Positions 18,567 through 27,542 of a stretch of 64,000 nt of DNA are shown here, in pieces. Each line of letters opens with the position of its first letter. Positions within the stretch are counted from its first letter, which is position 1. Source of the stretch: Escherichia phage LQ5; sequence record OR677401. One strand, given 5' to 3'. Made by a program: the position numbers and the translations under genes. The notes under the pieces were generated by a model. It made no database searches and was not told the origin of the DNA. It saw nothing but the letters and a program-made list of their open reading frames with translations.

Positions 18567-19025
18567 ATGTCAGAAATTAATTCAGAAGTATTCATCCGCC
18601 GCAATAAATTACGTCGTCAGTTCGAAACCGAATTCCGTGAACTGAATACGTCCATCAAAAAAGCCGCCATCAAGAGCGGAGTCCCAGCCTTCTTTATTAA
18701 GTACTCTAATCACTTGTTGGACCGTGCTATCCAACGTGAAATCGACGAAAAATACGTTTTTGCTTTATTCAAGCAACTCCATAACCATGTTAAAGAAATT
18801 CATGAATTTTTAATCCAGGAACCTCTACCTGATGTAGAATCCGAAATTGTCCCTGGTAAAGTGTATCGTCCATTGCGTCTCGAAATTACCGATAAAACCT
18901 TATGGCTAGGTATGACAGTAGACCGTAAACATCCTGATAAAGGATATTCCCTTAAATGTCGTATGGCATTTGTTAACTCTAAACGTTTAGAAGGTAAAAC
19001 CAGCACGAAAGTAATCTATCTTTAA
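18567..19025 (+). CDS. regB: RegB-like endoribonuclease (tentative)
   Basis: 152 aa; size and position between denV and tk as in T4; sequence match from memory only. Confidence 0.5.
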   Translation: MSEINSEVFIRRNKLRRQFETEFRELNTSIKKAAIKSGVPAFFIKYSNHLLDRAIQREIDEKYVFALFKQLHNHVKEIHEFLIQEPLPDVESEIVPGKVYRPLRLEITDKTLWLGMTVDRKHPDKGYSLKCRMAFVNSKRLEGKTSTKVIYL

Positions 19026-19037
19026 TAATGAGGTCTC

Positions 19038-19577
19038 ATGAAAAAAGTATTAGCCACTTTACTATTGACAGTTAGTATGTCTGCCCATAGCGTAGAGCCT
19101 ACTTTCAGTAATGAACAACTCGATAATTTACATTATGCGTATGCTTTCGGTGAACAATACCAAAAGTCGGGAAAGTTCAAAGAAAACCCTAATCAAAAAG
19201 GATTAGGATATATTATGGCCGGATTACTATGGCAGGAATCATCTGCCGGAATTAATCAGGGTTTAAATAAAGATAAGCACCATGCTTATGGCATGTTCCA
19301 AAATTACTTGCCTACGTTAAGAAGTCGTGTTCAACAGGTAGGTTGGAAGATGTCTGATAAAGAAATAATCCGTATGGTCCAAAAACGACAGAACAGTGCC
19401 TCTTGGGCCTACATTGAACTGTCTTATTGGATTGATGTTCACAAAGGTGACCTGAGAAAAGCGATTGCTTCTTATAATGCGGGCTGGAACGTCAAAGTAG
19501 GCAGTAAATATGCTTCTGAAGTTCTAGAAAAGGCCAATTATCTAAAATCTAAAAAGATGTTTGAGGCGGTGTATTAA
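19038..19577 (+). CDS. secreted protein with lytic-transglycosylase-like motif
   Basis: Signal peptide MKKVLATLLLTVSMSA; motif ASYNAG. Confidence 0.5.
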   Translation: MKKVLATLLLTVSMSAHSVEPTFSNEQLDNLHYAYAFGEQYQKSGKFKENPNQKGLGYIMAGLLWQESSAGINQGLNKDKHHAYGMFQNYLPTLRSRVQQVGWKMSDKEIIRMVQKRQNSASWAYIELSYWIDVHKGDLRKAIASYNAGWNVKVGSKYASEVLEKANYLKSKKMFEAVY

Positions 19578-19934
19578 ATGATTAAGCAGATGACTATAGC
19601 GCTTATGTTGATTGCTCCGGGAGTATTAGCGTCACAAGTTGGTGATAGTAATAATTCAATTGTCGAGTATGCTACCCGTACAGCAAAAGATTATTGTCAT
19701 CCGAGCAATACTGAATGCATTATCGAATTCAGTTCAAAAATCACAGCTGCTTTTAAAGATGGCCAGAACGACGTAGAGCATCGCCGAATGAAAGAGAAAA
19801 CTCTTTCTAAAAGATACGAGCAACGTCTAAACGTTACTGAATGTATTCCATCTGATAAAAAGTACAAAGAAATGTGCGCGTCTATGGTAGACAGACTCGT
19901 TGACTCATACAACCGAGGATTAAACTCTAAATGA
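19578..19934 (+). CDS. secreted hypothetical protein
   Basis: Signal-peptide-like N-terminus; several Cys. Confidence 0.5.
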   Translation: MIKQMTIALMLIAPGVLASQVGDSNNSIVEYATRTAKDYCHPSNTECIIEFSSKITAAFKDGQNDVEHRRMKEKTLSKRYEQRLNVTECIPSDKKYKEMCASMVDRLVDSYNRGLNSK

Positions 19935-20398
19935 TTATTGATTATATTAAGGGCGATATCGTCGCCCTGTTTCTTCAAGGTAATAATGTTGCACACGGGT
20001 GCAACTGTTTCCACACAATGGGTTCAGGTGTAGCTGGGCAATTGGCTAAGGCTTATCCGCCTATTCTCGCTATCGATAAAACTACTTATTTAGGCAATTT
20101 GGCAAAACTTGGCACGTTTACTCAAGCTACAGGTAATAATGGCCAAATTTGCTATAATTTATATACCCAATACGAACCAGGCCCTAATCTTGATTATGGT
20201 GCTTTAGTAAACTGTATGATAGAATTAAATCAACAAGCAAAAGGTCTTTTGTTTAAACCAAGAATTTATATCCCTCGCATCGGTTGTGGTATTGCTGGTG
20301 GTGATTGGGACAAGGTTTATCAATTGATTAATTTGTTTACTCCTGATATTAATTTAGTGGTGGTAGATTATGAAAGCACATTACCCGCATCCGTTTGA
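19931..20398 (+). CDS. macro-domain protein (ADP-ribose binding/processing)
   Basis: Motifs GDIV...NCFHTMGSGVAGQLAKAYP and IPRIGCGIAGGDWDKV resemble macro-domain signatures. Confidence 0.65.
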   Translation: MIIDYIKGDIVALFLQGNNVAHGCNCFHTMGSGVAGQLAKAYPPILAIDKTTYLGNLAKLGTFTQATGNNGQICYNLYTQYEPGPNLDYGALVNCMIELNQQAKGLLFKPRIYIPRIGCGIAGGDWDKVYQLINLFTPDINLVVVDYESTLPASV

Positions 20399-20582
20399 CC
20401 CTAAAAATAAAGCGGAAATTATTCGACACTGGACTGAAACACGAGTAACTAAATGCCCTATAAAAAGTCAACACAACACCGATAAATGGTATATTGGTGA
20501 ATATGTTGAGTATACTTTTATAGATAAAAATAAACGTAAACAGCATGTAGAAGAATATTGCTTAAAGGTGCAATGGTTATGA
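20370..20582 (+). CDS. hypothetical protein
   Basis: 70-aa ORF overlapping macro gene end. Confidence 0.45.
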   Translation: MKAHYPHPFDPKNKAEIIRHWTETRVTKCPIKSQHNTDKWYIGEYVEYTFIDKNKRKQHVEEYCLKVQWL

Positions 20583-20752
20583 GTCTGAGTAAAGAACAGA
20601 AAGATAAATTGTTTGAGCTTATCCATGAGCTTATGGAACTCAACATAGAATGTGAATTTGATAACTCTCTGGATTGGGATTGGAGAGGTGGTGAAGAGGA
20701 TGAGTTTTCTAAAAAGGAAAATGAATTAATTGCTTATGTAAATAGTCTTTAA
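20573..20752 (+). CDS. hypothetical acidic protein
   Basis: Probable ATG 20573; ORF-track start 20558 is alternative. Confidence 0.4.
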   Translation: MVMSLSKEQKDKLFELIHELMELNIECEFDNSLDWDWRGGEEDEFSKKENELIAYVNSL

Positions 20753-20761
20753 GAAGGTAAT

Positions 20762-21334
20762 ATGGCTCAACTTTATTTTCATTATGCGGCGATGAATTCC
20801 GGGAAAACCGCTTCATTGCTAACGGCAGCTCATAACTACAAAGAACGTGGTATGGGCGTACTCCTTTTAAAGCCTGCGATAGACAATAGAGAATCAAGCC
20901 ATAGCATTTCGTCTCGTATAGGGATTAGTCAAGAGGCTAATGCCGTGACTCCGGATATGGACCTATACGAGTTCTATCGTTGGGCTGAATCTCAAAAAGA
21001 TATCCACTGCGTATTTGTGGATGAAGCACAGTTCTTAGAACCTGCACAGATAAAACAACTGGCAAAGATAGTAGACAATTATAATGTTCCGGTTATGTGC
21101 TATGGGCTAAGAACTGATTTTCAGGGTAAACTGTTTCCTGGCTCTGCTGAATTACTCGCTACGGCAGATAAACTCGTTGAGTACAAAGGTGTGTGCCATT
21201 GTGGCCGTAAAGCTACTATGACTGCTAGGGTCCAGGATGGTATCGCAATTAAGGACGGCGCCCAAGTTTCTATAGGTGGCAACGATTCTTACGTGTCATT
21301 GTGCAGGAAGCACTGGATAGAAATAACGAGTTGA
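20762..21334 (+). CDS. tk: thymidine kinase
   Basis: Match to recalled T4 Tk (YAAMN.GK.ASLL.AAHNYKERGM.VL.LKPAID). Confidence 0.9.
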   Translation: MAQLYFHYAAMNSGKTASLLTAAHNYKERGMGVLLLKPAIDNRESSHSISSRIGISQEANAVTPDMDLYEFYRWAESQKDIHCVFVDEAQFLEPAQIKQLAKIVDNYNVPVMCYGLRTDFQGKLFPGSAELLATADKLVEYKGVCHCGRKATMTARVQDGIAIKDGAQVSIGGNDSYVSLCRKHWIEITS

Positions 21335-21341
21335 GGGTATT

Positions 21342-21620
21342 ATGGACCTAAATTCAAAGATTTTAATTCTAGCGTTCGCTGTGGCTATTTCTTATATTGT
21401 TCTTTCGCCTATCATGGATGATGTGGCTTACAAAAGAGAGATAGAGGTTGTAGCAGCGACGTATAATGCTAATAATAAAGAATGTCCTAATAAAAATGGG
21501 ATGGATTTAATTAAAGCGCATTATATGCTTTCCATTACCTCGCCTATACAGAGGAATTGGGTTGAATATAATTTTAACGACGTGTTCTATTCTTATTGTC
21601 GTAAGCTTAAAAAGCTATAA
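21342..21620 (+). CDS. hypothetical membrane protein
   Basis: 92-aa ORF with N-terminal hydrophobic segment. Confidence 0.5.
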   Translation: MDLNSKILILAFAVAISYIVLSPIMDDVAYKREIEVVAATYNANNKECPNKNGMDLIKAHYMLSITSPIQRNWVEYNFNDVFYSYCRKLKKL

Positions 21621-21623
21621 ATA
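21616..21623 (+). promoter_or_regulatory. T4-type late promoter TATAAATA
   Basis: Exact octamer ~90 nt upstream of rI-like gene. Confidence 0.4.
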
Positions 21624-21712
21624 ATAATACTAACCGTAGAGCTTTAGCTTTTGGTAATCGCTATCGGTTAAGGCCGAAAGGCAAATAGTATAAAACAACA
21701 AAGGACTTTTGT

Positions 21713-22006
21713 ATGGGTATTTTCCGTACAGCGGCTTGTATCCTTATGGCGGGATGTTTAAGCCCTACAGTTTCACTAGCAAATGGTGCCAATGATAAAT
21801 TGATGGATGCATTTGCTAGTAGTGCGATGCCTGTTTATGCGCAAATGAGTAGACCCAGCGTAAAGGCCTCCGAAGACTATTGGGCCTATGTTACGGCTTC
21901 CTGGAAGATTTCAAGTTGTCGGACTATAGAAGCGTGTTCAATTGAAGGTCGGGCCATCGGAGAGCGTTATGTAAAACTAATGAAGGTGGAAGATGAAGTT
22001 CAATGA
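21713..22006 (+). CDS. rI: rI-like lysis-inhibition regulator (periplasmic antiholin)
   Basis: 97 aa as T4 RI; signal-like N-terminus; position after tk. Confidence 0.6.
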   Translation: MGIFRTAACILMAGCLSPTVSLANGANDKLMDAFASSAMPVYAQMSRPSVKASEDYWAYVTASWKISSCRTIEACSIEGRAIGERYVKLMKVEDEVQ

Positions 22007-22376
22007 TTTCGTACCCAGTCGAGGGTCTGAAGTGGATTCTTATATTGGTTGGCTACTGGTTTCTTTAGCCTATTTTAAGTCAGCCCATTTAGAAACCAAA
22101 AGCTATGCAAGACACAAAGCGTATGACTTCTATTATGTAGAAGTTCAAGGACCGCTGGACCAATTTAGTGAGCAATATCTTGGATTCAGTGGCAAAGAAT
22201 ATAAAGCATCATTACCGTCTGCTTCAGACTTGCCTAAGGACCCGGTAGATTTTCTTGACGAGCTTCTTAAAGCATCTGATAAAATCTATGATACCCTTCC
22301 TAAGGCCATCCAGTCGACTTTGGACGATATCACTGGCGTCTTTTACCAGACTAAGTATTTGCTGACGTTAGAATAA
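21993..22376 (+). CDS. hypothetical protein
   Basis: 127-aa coupled ORF. Confidence 0.5.
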   Translation: MKFNDFVPSRGSEVDSYIGWLLVSLAYFKSAHLETKSYARHKAYDFYYVEVQGPLDQFSEQYLGFSGKEYKASLPSASDLPKDPVDFLDELLKASDKIYDTLPKAIQSTLDDITGVFYQTKYLLTLE

Positions 22377-22381
22377 TCAAA

Positions 22382-22407
22382 GGTCTCACTTCGGTGGGAC
22401 CTTTTTT
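22382..22407 (+). terminator. intrinsic terminator GGTCTCAC-TTCG-GTGGGACC + T6
   Basis: Read directly. Confidence 0.7.
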
Positions 22408-22416
22408 CGTTTAGGT

Positions 22417-22456
22417 GTTTACATCCTCTAGGAACATGATACTATAGACCTATCAA
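22417..22456 (+). promoter_or_regulatory. early-type promoter cassette (GTTTACA + TGATACTATAGACCTATCAA)
   Basis: Read directly. Confidence 0.6.
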
Positions 22457-22473
22457 CTAATGAGGAGAACAGT

Positions 22474-22710
22474 ATGAAACTTACAAGTACTACGGTTTCA
22501 TTAGAATATGAAATCAACGGTCGTATCCTTGAGATTAAGATATTCGACGACCGAAGTATCTTCGCTGATTATCGAGGATACAGAATTCGTCTAGAAAAGG
22601 ACGAGCTCAAGGAACCGTGGCTCCTTAAAGACACATTAAAGGGTTGTGGATGTAAACTGAAGACTACCCAAGCCCAAGAATTAATTTCTACTATCAACAA
22701 ATACTGGTGA
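22474..22710 (+). CDS. hypothetical protein
   Basis: 78-aa ORF with GAGGAGAA RBS. Confidence 0.55.
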   Translation: MKLTSTTVSLEYEINGRILEIKIFDDRSIFADYRGYRIRLEKDELKEPWLLKDTLKGCGCKLKTTQAQELISTINKYW

Positions 22711-22714
22711 TATT

Positions 22715-22897
22715 ATGTTAACTACTGAACAGATTGAACAAATCCTTAAACTGGCTACTGCTATTGAACGTGATTCTTATGATAGTGCAGTAGAACATTG
22801 CGAAGGCTATTCATATTCCGCAATAGAGCAGTGTAAACGAGATTTGGATAACTCTAAAGCGGCATTGGTTGAGTATCTTAATGAGTTGAAAGCGTAA
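22715..22897 (+). CDS. hypothetical protein
   Basis: 60-aa ORF. Confidence 0.5.
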   Translation: MLTTEQIEQILKLATAIERDSYDSAVEHCEGYSYSAIEQCKRDLDNSKAALVEYLNELKA

Positions 22898-22922
22898 TGG
22901 CTGATGGCACAGGAGCCTGAAG

Positions 22923-23018
22923 ATGATTTACTATCTTGAACCTTGGGCTTGGTCAACAATGATTATAGGCCCTATTTTAATCGGTTTATTCTTTTCATGG
23001 TTAGTGAGGAAATTGTAA
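22923..23018 (+). CDS. very small hydrophobic peptide (31 aa)
   Basis: ATG 22923 after CAGGAGCC; stop abuts next gene's ATG; below ORF-track cutoff. Confidence 0.4.
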   Translation: MIYYLEPWAWSTMIIGPILIGLFFSWLVRKL

Positions 23019-23216
23019 ATGTTATACGATCCAAATGGTTGTTCTGAAGATGGTGTGATTGCCCTTTTAGCAGATGTTGAAGAATCTGACGATGACGTCT
23101 TTGTTAAAGATTGGGAAGAAAAAGGTGGAATTACGCTCCAACAAGAAAATGATATGATTTGTCTGAATGCAGACCAAGTCGAAGAGCTTTATAGTATTTT
23201 AAAACATAACCGTTGA
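23019..23216 (+). CDS. hypothetical acidic protein
   Basis: 65-aa ORF. Confidence 0.5.
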   Translation: MLYDPNGCSEDGVIALLADVEESDDDVFVKDWEEKGGITLQQENDMICLNADQVEELYSILKHNR

Positions 23217-23226
23217 GGAATAGAAA

Positions 23227-23787
23227 ATGATTATTGAAACAACTGAATTGTTTGGCGAACTGTCCGCTGAAGTAGTTAATAACGCAATTGAGCTTTCACA
23301 AGAAGACGATAAAATCGTACTGACTATCGCTGATATTAAACCGCTTTATGATTTAATGGTTTTAGATAGACACGATTATCTTAACGGTCGGGCTAGTGCT
23401 CCTATCGATATCAATGATGATATGTTTGCCTATATCTATAAAAATGAAACCGGGTTTAATCTGGAAAATGGTATTGAATGTCTGAGCATCAGCGATTCTG
23501 ATAAATTCTTTGATTGTATTTTCAAACTGTTCCAGGAAGAATGCAAGCCGGAAGTTGAATGGAAAGTCCCTGGCCAAGATGCCGTGATTCGTTCTAGTGA
23601 AACCTTTGAAGGTGATGAAGAAGAACTGAATTATGATACTGAATTAACCGTGTATCAACATCAGGGCCGTGATTTGTTATCCTTGACCCAAAGACACGAT
23701 GGTGAAAGTGAAGTGGTATTTACTAAAGACGAACTAAAAGTTTTAGTCTCTTATCTGAACTCTGTTATCCCAACTATGAACTCTTAA
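23227..23787 (+). CDS. hypothetical acidic protein
   Basis: 186-aa ORF. Confidence 0.55.
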   Translation: MIIETTELFGELSAEVVNNAIELSQEDDKIVLTIADIKPLYDLMVLDRHDYLNGRASAPIDINDDMFAYIYKNETGFNLENGIECLSISDSDKFFDCIFKLFQEECKPEVEWKVPGQDAVIRSSETFEGDEEELNYDTELTVYQHQGRDLLSLTQRHDGESEVVFTKDELKVLVSYLNSVIPTMNS

Positions 23788-23797
23788 GGAAAATATT

Positions 23798-24256
23798 ATG
23801 ATTATGATTATCAATGCAAACTCTTGGCACGCTAAACTTCATGACCGTTTTTATGACAGTCATTCTCGACCGCACTCTTTATGTGCTTACTTCTGGAAAA
23901 TGGTTTGGGCTTGTTTTGCTTGTGCTGTTGTTGCAGGTAGTACGCTTTTTGGATTAACTGTTGCAGGTGTTGGTGTATTAGAGCATTTCTTTGTATTAAG
24001 TACCCCTGTTCTGTTGAGTCTAGGGTTTGTTTTAGGATTGGTTGCAATAGCTCTTATTATTGCGCTATCCATTGGTTTGGCATTCGGTGTGATGAATTTA
24101 CACGCATGGTATGATGCCCGTAGAGAAGAAAAGGAATGGCAACGTATTCAAGCTGAGCGTGAAGGCCGAGAAACTAAAGAAAATATCGTTATTCAATACA
24201 TTAAAGCTCGTAAATCTAAGGTCTGTCCGGTAATCCACTTCGAGGACAAAGAATGA
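23798..24256 (+). CDS. membrane protein
   Basis: Long hydrophobic stretches; 152 aa. Confidence 0.55.
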   Translation: MIMIINANSWHAKLHDRFYDSHSRPHSLCAYFWKMVWACFACAVVAGSTLFGLTVAGVGVLEHFFVLSTPVLLSLGFVLGLVAIALIIALSIGLAFGVMNLHAWYDARREEKEWQRIQAEREGRETKENIVIQYIKARKSKVCPVIHFEDKE

Positions 24257-25263
24257 GAACAGTTATGAAAGGCTACTTCGGTAGCCACCTTTATGGAACA
24301 AGTACTCCAGAATCTGATGTTGATTTTAAAGAAATCTTTGTTCCACATCCGCGTGATATTCTGTTAGGTACGGCTATGAACCATACCAACCTGAATACGA
24401 ATAACACTGCTTCCAAAAACACTAAAGATGATGTTGACCACGAGCTTTACAGTCTGAAATATTTCTTTAAACTGGCTGCTGAAGGCGAAACCGTTGCTCT
24501 GGATATGCTCCACACTCCACCTGAAATGGTGGTTAAATCTGATTTACCTGATGTATGGAAATTTATCCAAGACAATCGTTCACGGTTCTATACAACCAAC
24601 ATGAAAGCCTATTTAGGGTACGTCCGTAAGCAAGCTTCTAAATATGGTGTTAAAGGTTCTCGTCTGGCTGCTCTGCGTGGTGTACTGGCAATCGTTAACC
24701 AGATTCCTGAACAGTGGGTTGACTATCAAGAAGGAATCCCTGATAGACTTCGTCGTACTAAGGTAGAAGATATCAAACACAGACTCCCTGAAAATGAGTT
24801 CTGTGAATGGGTATTCCATAACCATGAGAAAACAGGCCCTCAAACGTTCTATACTGTTCTAGGACGTAAGTACCAAACTACTTTGTCTTTAATCGAGCTC
24901 AAGCAATCTCTGAATAAGCTTGATGCTGAATATGGCGAACGTGCTCGTAAGGCTGAAGCTAATGAAGGTATCGATTGGAAAGCTCTGAGCCATGCTTATC
25001 GGGCTGGATATCAATTGTTGGAAATCTACCAAACAGGCGACCTGGTATTCCCATTGCGCGAAGCCTCTATCATTAAGCTGATTAAGGCCGGTGAACTTCC
25101 ATTTAAAGAGGTCCAAGAACTTCTTGAAGACACTGTTGACCTGGTTGAAGTCCTGGCCCTGCAAGCCGCTAAGAACGGTATGCCTGCTAAGGTAGATATG
25201 AAGTTCTGGGACAAGTTTGTTGAAGAGGTATACCTTGACAACCACAACTCTTATTATCGATAA
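24253..25263 (+). CDS. Pol-beta-superfamily nucleotidyltransferase with large C-terminal helical domain
   Basis: N-terminal GS-x3-G-x5-SDVD motif (GSHLYGTSTPESDVDF); 336 aa. Confidence 0.6.
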   Translation: MRTVMKGYFGSHLYGTSTPESDVDFKEIFVPHPRDILLGTAMNHTNLNTNNTASKNTKDDVDHELYSLKYFFKLAAEGETVALDMLHTPPEMVVKSDLPDVWKFIQDNRSRFYTTNMKAYLGYVRKQASKYGVKGSRLAALRGVLAIVNQIPEQWVDYQEGIPDRLRRTKVEDIKHRLPENEFCEWVFHNHEKTGPQTFYTVLGRKYQTTLSLIELKQSLNKLDAEYGERARKAEANEGIDWKALSHAYRAGYQLLEIYQTGDLVFPLREASIIKLIKAGELPFKEVQELLEDTVDLVEVLALQAAKNGMPAKVDMKFWDKFVEEVYLDNHNSYYR

Positions 25264-25270
25264 CGAAGAA

Positions 25271-25459
25271 ATGAAGGTCTTTTTATCATATGGAAGACCC
25301 CATAAAACCCGACGTTGGTATCTTGAAGCTGTCTGTAAAGAAACCGGACGTCGAGTCAATATCAAGTACGTGTGCAAACCTACGCCTAAACAGACAAGAC
25401 AATTTGTTAACTGGGCTATAAATGATATACGCTTCCATAATTTTTGGAGCGCAATTTAG
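25271..25459 (+). CDS. small basic protein
   Basis: ATG 25271 right after NTase stop; 62 aa, Lys/Arg-rich. Confidence 0.35.
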   Translation: MKVFLSYGRPHKTRRWYLEAVCKETGRRVNIKYVCKPTPKQTRQFVNWAINDIRFHNFWSAI

Positions 25460-25480
25460 GAACCTTCGGGTTCCTTTTTT
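25459..25480 (+). terminator. intrinsic terminator GGAACC-TTCG-GGTTCC + T6
   Basis: Identical hairpin at 61751-61772. Confidence 0.75.
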
Positions 25481-25499
25481 GGGTTTAGTGCAAAAAAGA

Positions 25500-25539
25500 G
25501 TTTACACCTTCGTAGAGCATGTTATTATGGACCTATCAA
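25500..25539 (+). promoter_or_regulatory. early-type promoter cassette (GTTTACA + TGTTATTATGGACCTATCAA variant)
   Basis: Read directly. Confidence 0.55.
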
Positions 25540-25565
25540 ATCTACTGAGTGAAATGGAGAATATA

Positions 25566-26546
25566 ATGTTAACTATCAAAATCAACAAAGGTATCTATCG
25601 CGGTAATGTAATCTCTGGTACGTTCATGAGTTCAGGTAAAACCTGGTTCCCTAATAAAATTCATGAATCCGAAGCTCACCTCGGTGATGGCAAGGTATTC
25701 GTACAGATTGATGGTGTTGAACGTGGTGTATGGGTATTCAAATGTGATATCGAAACCGAAGGCGCACCAGCTCCTGCAATGGTTACTGAATCCGCTGAAG
25801 AAATGAAACACCGTATCAACAAACGTTTTAAAGTAATGAACATGATGACTAACGGAATCATCGATGGTAAAATTCGTTCCCTTATAATCTCTGGTGCCGC
25901 AGGTATTGGTAAAACATATTCTTTGGATAAAGCATTACAGAATGCCCACGAAAATGAAACTATCGAATATAAATCAATCAACGGAAAGATTAGTGGAATC
26001 GGTCTTTACGAGCAGCTTTGGAATAACCGCGGCCCTAATAGTGTTCTTCTTATTGATGATGTTGATGTATTCTCTGATATGGATATCCTGAACCTGTTAA
26101 AAGCAGCATTGGATACTGGTGAAAAACGTAAGGTGTGCTGGAGCACTTCAAGTTCTTATCTTGATGATAAAAATATCGATAAAGAATTTGAGTATGAAGG
26201 CACCATCGTGTTCATCACCAACGTTGATATTGACCGTGAATTAGAGCGTGGAACTAAACTTGCTCCACACCTCCAGGCTTTAGTATCGCGTTCAGTTTAC
26301 TTAGACCTCGGAGTTCACTCGAACGAAGAGATTATGGTTCGTGTTGAAGACGTTATCCTGTCCACTGATATGATGCAAAACCGTGGTCTGACTGATGCCG
26401 AGACTTACCAAGCTTTAGCATGGATGAAGGCTAATGTATCTCGTCTTCGTAACGTATCATTACGTACAGCTCTTTATCTGGCGGACTTCATTGCCACCGA
26501 TAAAAATGACTGGAGCGAAATCGCTGAAGTTACACTTCTGAAATAA
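25566..26546 (+). CDS. AAA/P-loop ATPase with ~130-aa N-terminal domain
   Basis: Walker A ISGAAGIGKT, Walker B VLLIDDVD; ATG 25566 after GGAGAATATA. Confidence 0.6.
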   Translation: MLTIKINKGIYRGNVISGTFMSSGKTWFPNKIHESEAHLGDGKVFVQIDGVERGVWVFKCDIETEGAPAPAMVTESAEEMKHRINKRFKVMNMMTNGIIDGKIRSLIISGAAGIGKTYSLDKALQNAHENETIEYKSINGKISGIGLYEQLWNNRGPNSVLLIDDVDVFSDMDILNLLKAALDTGEKRKVCWSTSSSYLDDKNIDKEFEYEGTIVFITNVDIDRELERGTKLAPHLQALVSRSVYLDLGVHSNEEIMVRVEDVILSTDMMQNRGLTDAETYQALAWMKANVSRLRNVSLRTALYLADFIATDKNDWSEIAEVTLLK

Positions 26547-26555
26547 GGGTGAATT

Positions 26556-26897
26556 ATGTTTGAACAATTTATTTACAATCTTTATAACGCAGGTCAGACT
26601 TTTTCCAAAGCTATGAAACAGTCTGTTGAAGACTATACTAATGAATGTAGTACTAAGTTTTCTGAGAAATTCTATAAAAATCCGTGTAGTGGAGGAGACT
26701 TCAGGAGACTGCGCTTGGCCGTTAACACCCAGGCCTTAATAAATCTAGACCGCAAGCAGGTAAAGTTGGCAGGCGACTTCCGAGATGAACTCTGCGCCAT
26801 CAGGAATGAATATCGCATTCGTATTGAACACCAACGGAAAGAGAACACTCAATCCGCATGGTTTAGTGGTCAAGCCGGTGAAAAAAGTTTCTATTAG
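26556..26897 (+). CDS. hypothetical protein
   Basis: 113-aa ORF. Confidence 0.5.
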   Translation: MFEQFIYNLYNAGQTFSKAMKQSVEDYTNECSTKFSEKFYKNPCSGGDFRRLRLAVNTQALINLDRKQVKLAGDFRDELCAIRNEYRIRIEHQRKENTQSAWFSGQAGEKSFY

Positions 26898-26899
26898 TT

Positions 26900-26950
26900 G
26901 TTTACATCTCCGGTAGAAATGATACTATAGACCTATCAACTACTGGAGGT
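26900..26950 (+). promoter_or_regulatory. promoter/stem-loop cassette with arms ATCTCCGGTAG/CTACTGGAGGT
   Basis: Inverted repeat around conserved box; one G-T position relative to 15699 copy. Confidence 0.6.
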
Positions 26951-26954
26951 TATC

Positions 26955-27479
26955 ATGAACGCTAAAGATATTTTTTCACTGATTAATTTTAATAATGGTA
27001 ATTTCAAATCTGAAAAACAAAGCAAGTTCTTTAACGACGTTGCTTGCGGTAATGAGATTACCGTATCTGGAGGAGAGATTTACAAAAGCCGTTGGAACTG
27101 GATTGCTGTCATCGATTCAGTCGGTATTGTAGAGCTCTATAAAAACACTAACAAAAAACGTACTCTTCACTGGAGTCGTGAAACCAACCAAGCTTATCAA
27201 GCTGAACGTAACAAACGTTTAATGCCTACCGAATCCGACCTGGCAAACGTTAAATCTGATATCGCTTATTTCGATAATCTGATTGCTGAACAACAAGCTG
27301 TTATTGATAAGTTTGACGAAATCAAAGCTTGTAAAGAGATTCCTGAATTCATGCGGGAATCAGTAAACGAACAGTACGCCCTCACTTCAGGTCGTATCGA
27401 GCAGTACAAATCACAACGAGCTGAACGCCAAGCTCTGCTTCAGAAATTTGAAGAGCGTTTAAAGACGGTTCTCGCATAA
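26955..27479 (+). CDS. hypothetical protein with C-terminal coiled coil
   Basis: 174 aa; C-terminal segment similar to that of 27543 product. Confidence 0.6.
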   Translation: MNAKDIFSLINFNNGNFKSEKQSKFFNDVACGNEITVSGGEIYKSRWNWIAVIDSVGIVELYKNTNKKRTLHWSRETNQAYQAERNKRLMPTESDLANVKSDIAYFDNLIAEQQAVIDKFDEIKACKEIPEFMRESVNEQYALTSGRIEQYKSQRAERQALLQKFEERLKTVLA

Positions 27480-27482
27480 ACG

Positions 27483-27505
27483 CTTTATACCAAGGATGGT
27501 ATAAT
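27483..27505 (+). promoter_or_regulatory. sigma70-like promoter (CTTTATA ... GGTATAAT)
   Basis: Read directly; downstream leader ACTGAGGAAATTATTATG shared with gene at 35356. Confidence 0.5.
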
Positions 27506-27542
27506 GGTTCTAGGTTCTTAATTACTTACTGAGGAAATTATT

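Noticed and set aside
19578-19934. Assignment as T4 vs (valyl-tRNA synthetase modifier) based on size and position before tk
   Set aside because: The product has a secretion-signal-like N-terminus, inconsistent with a cytoplasmic synthetase-binding protein.
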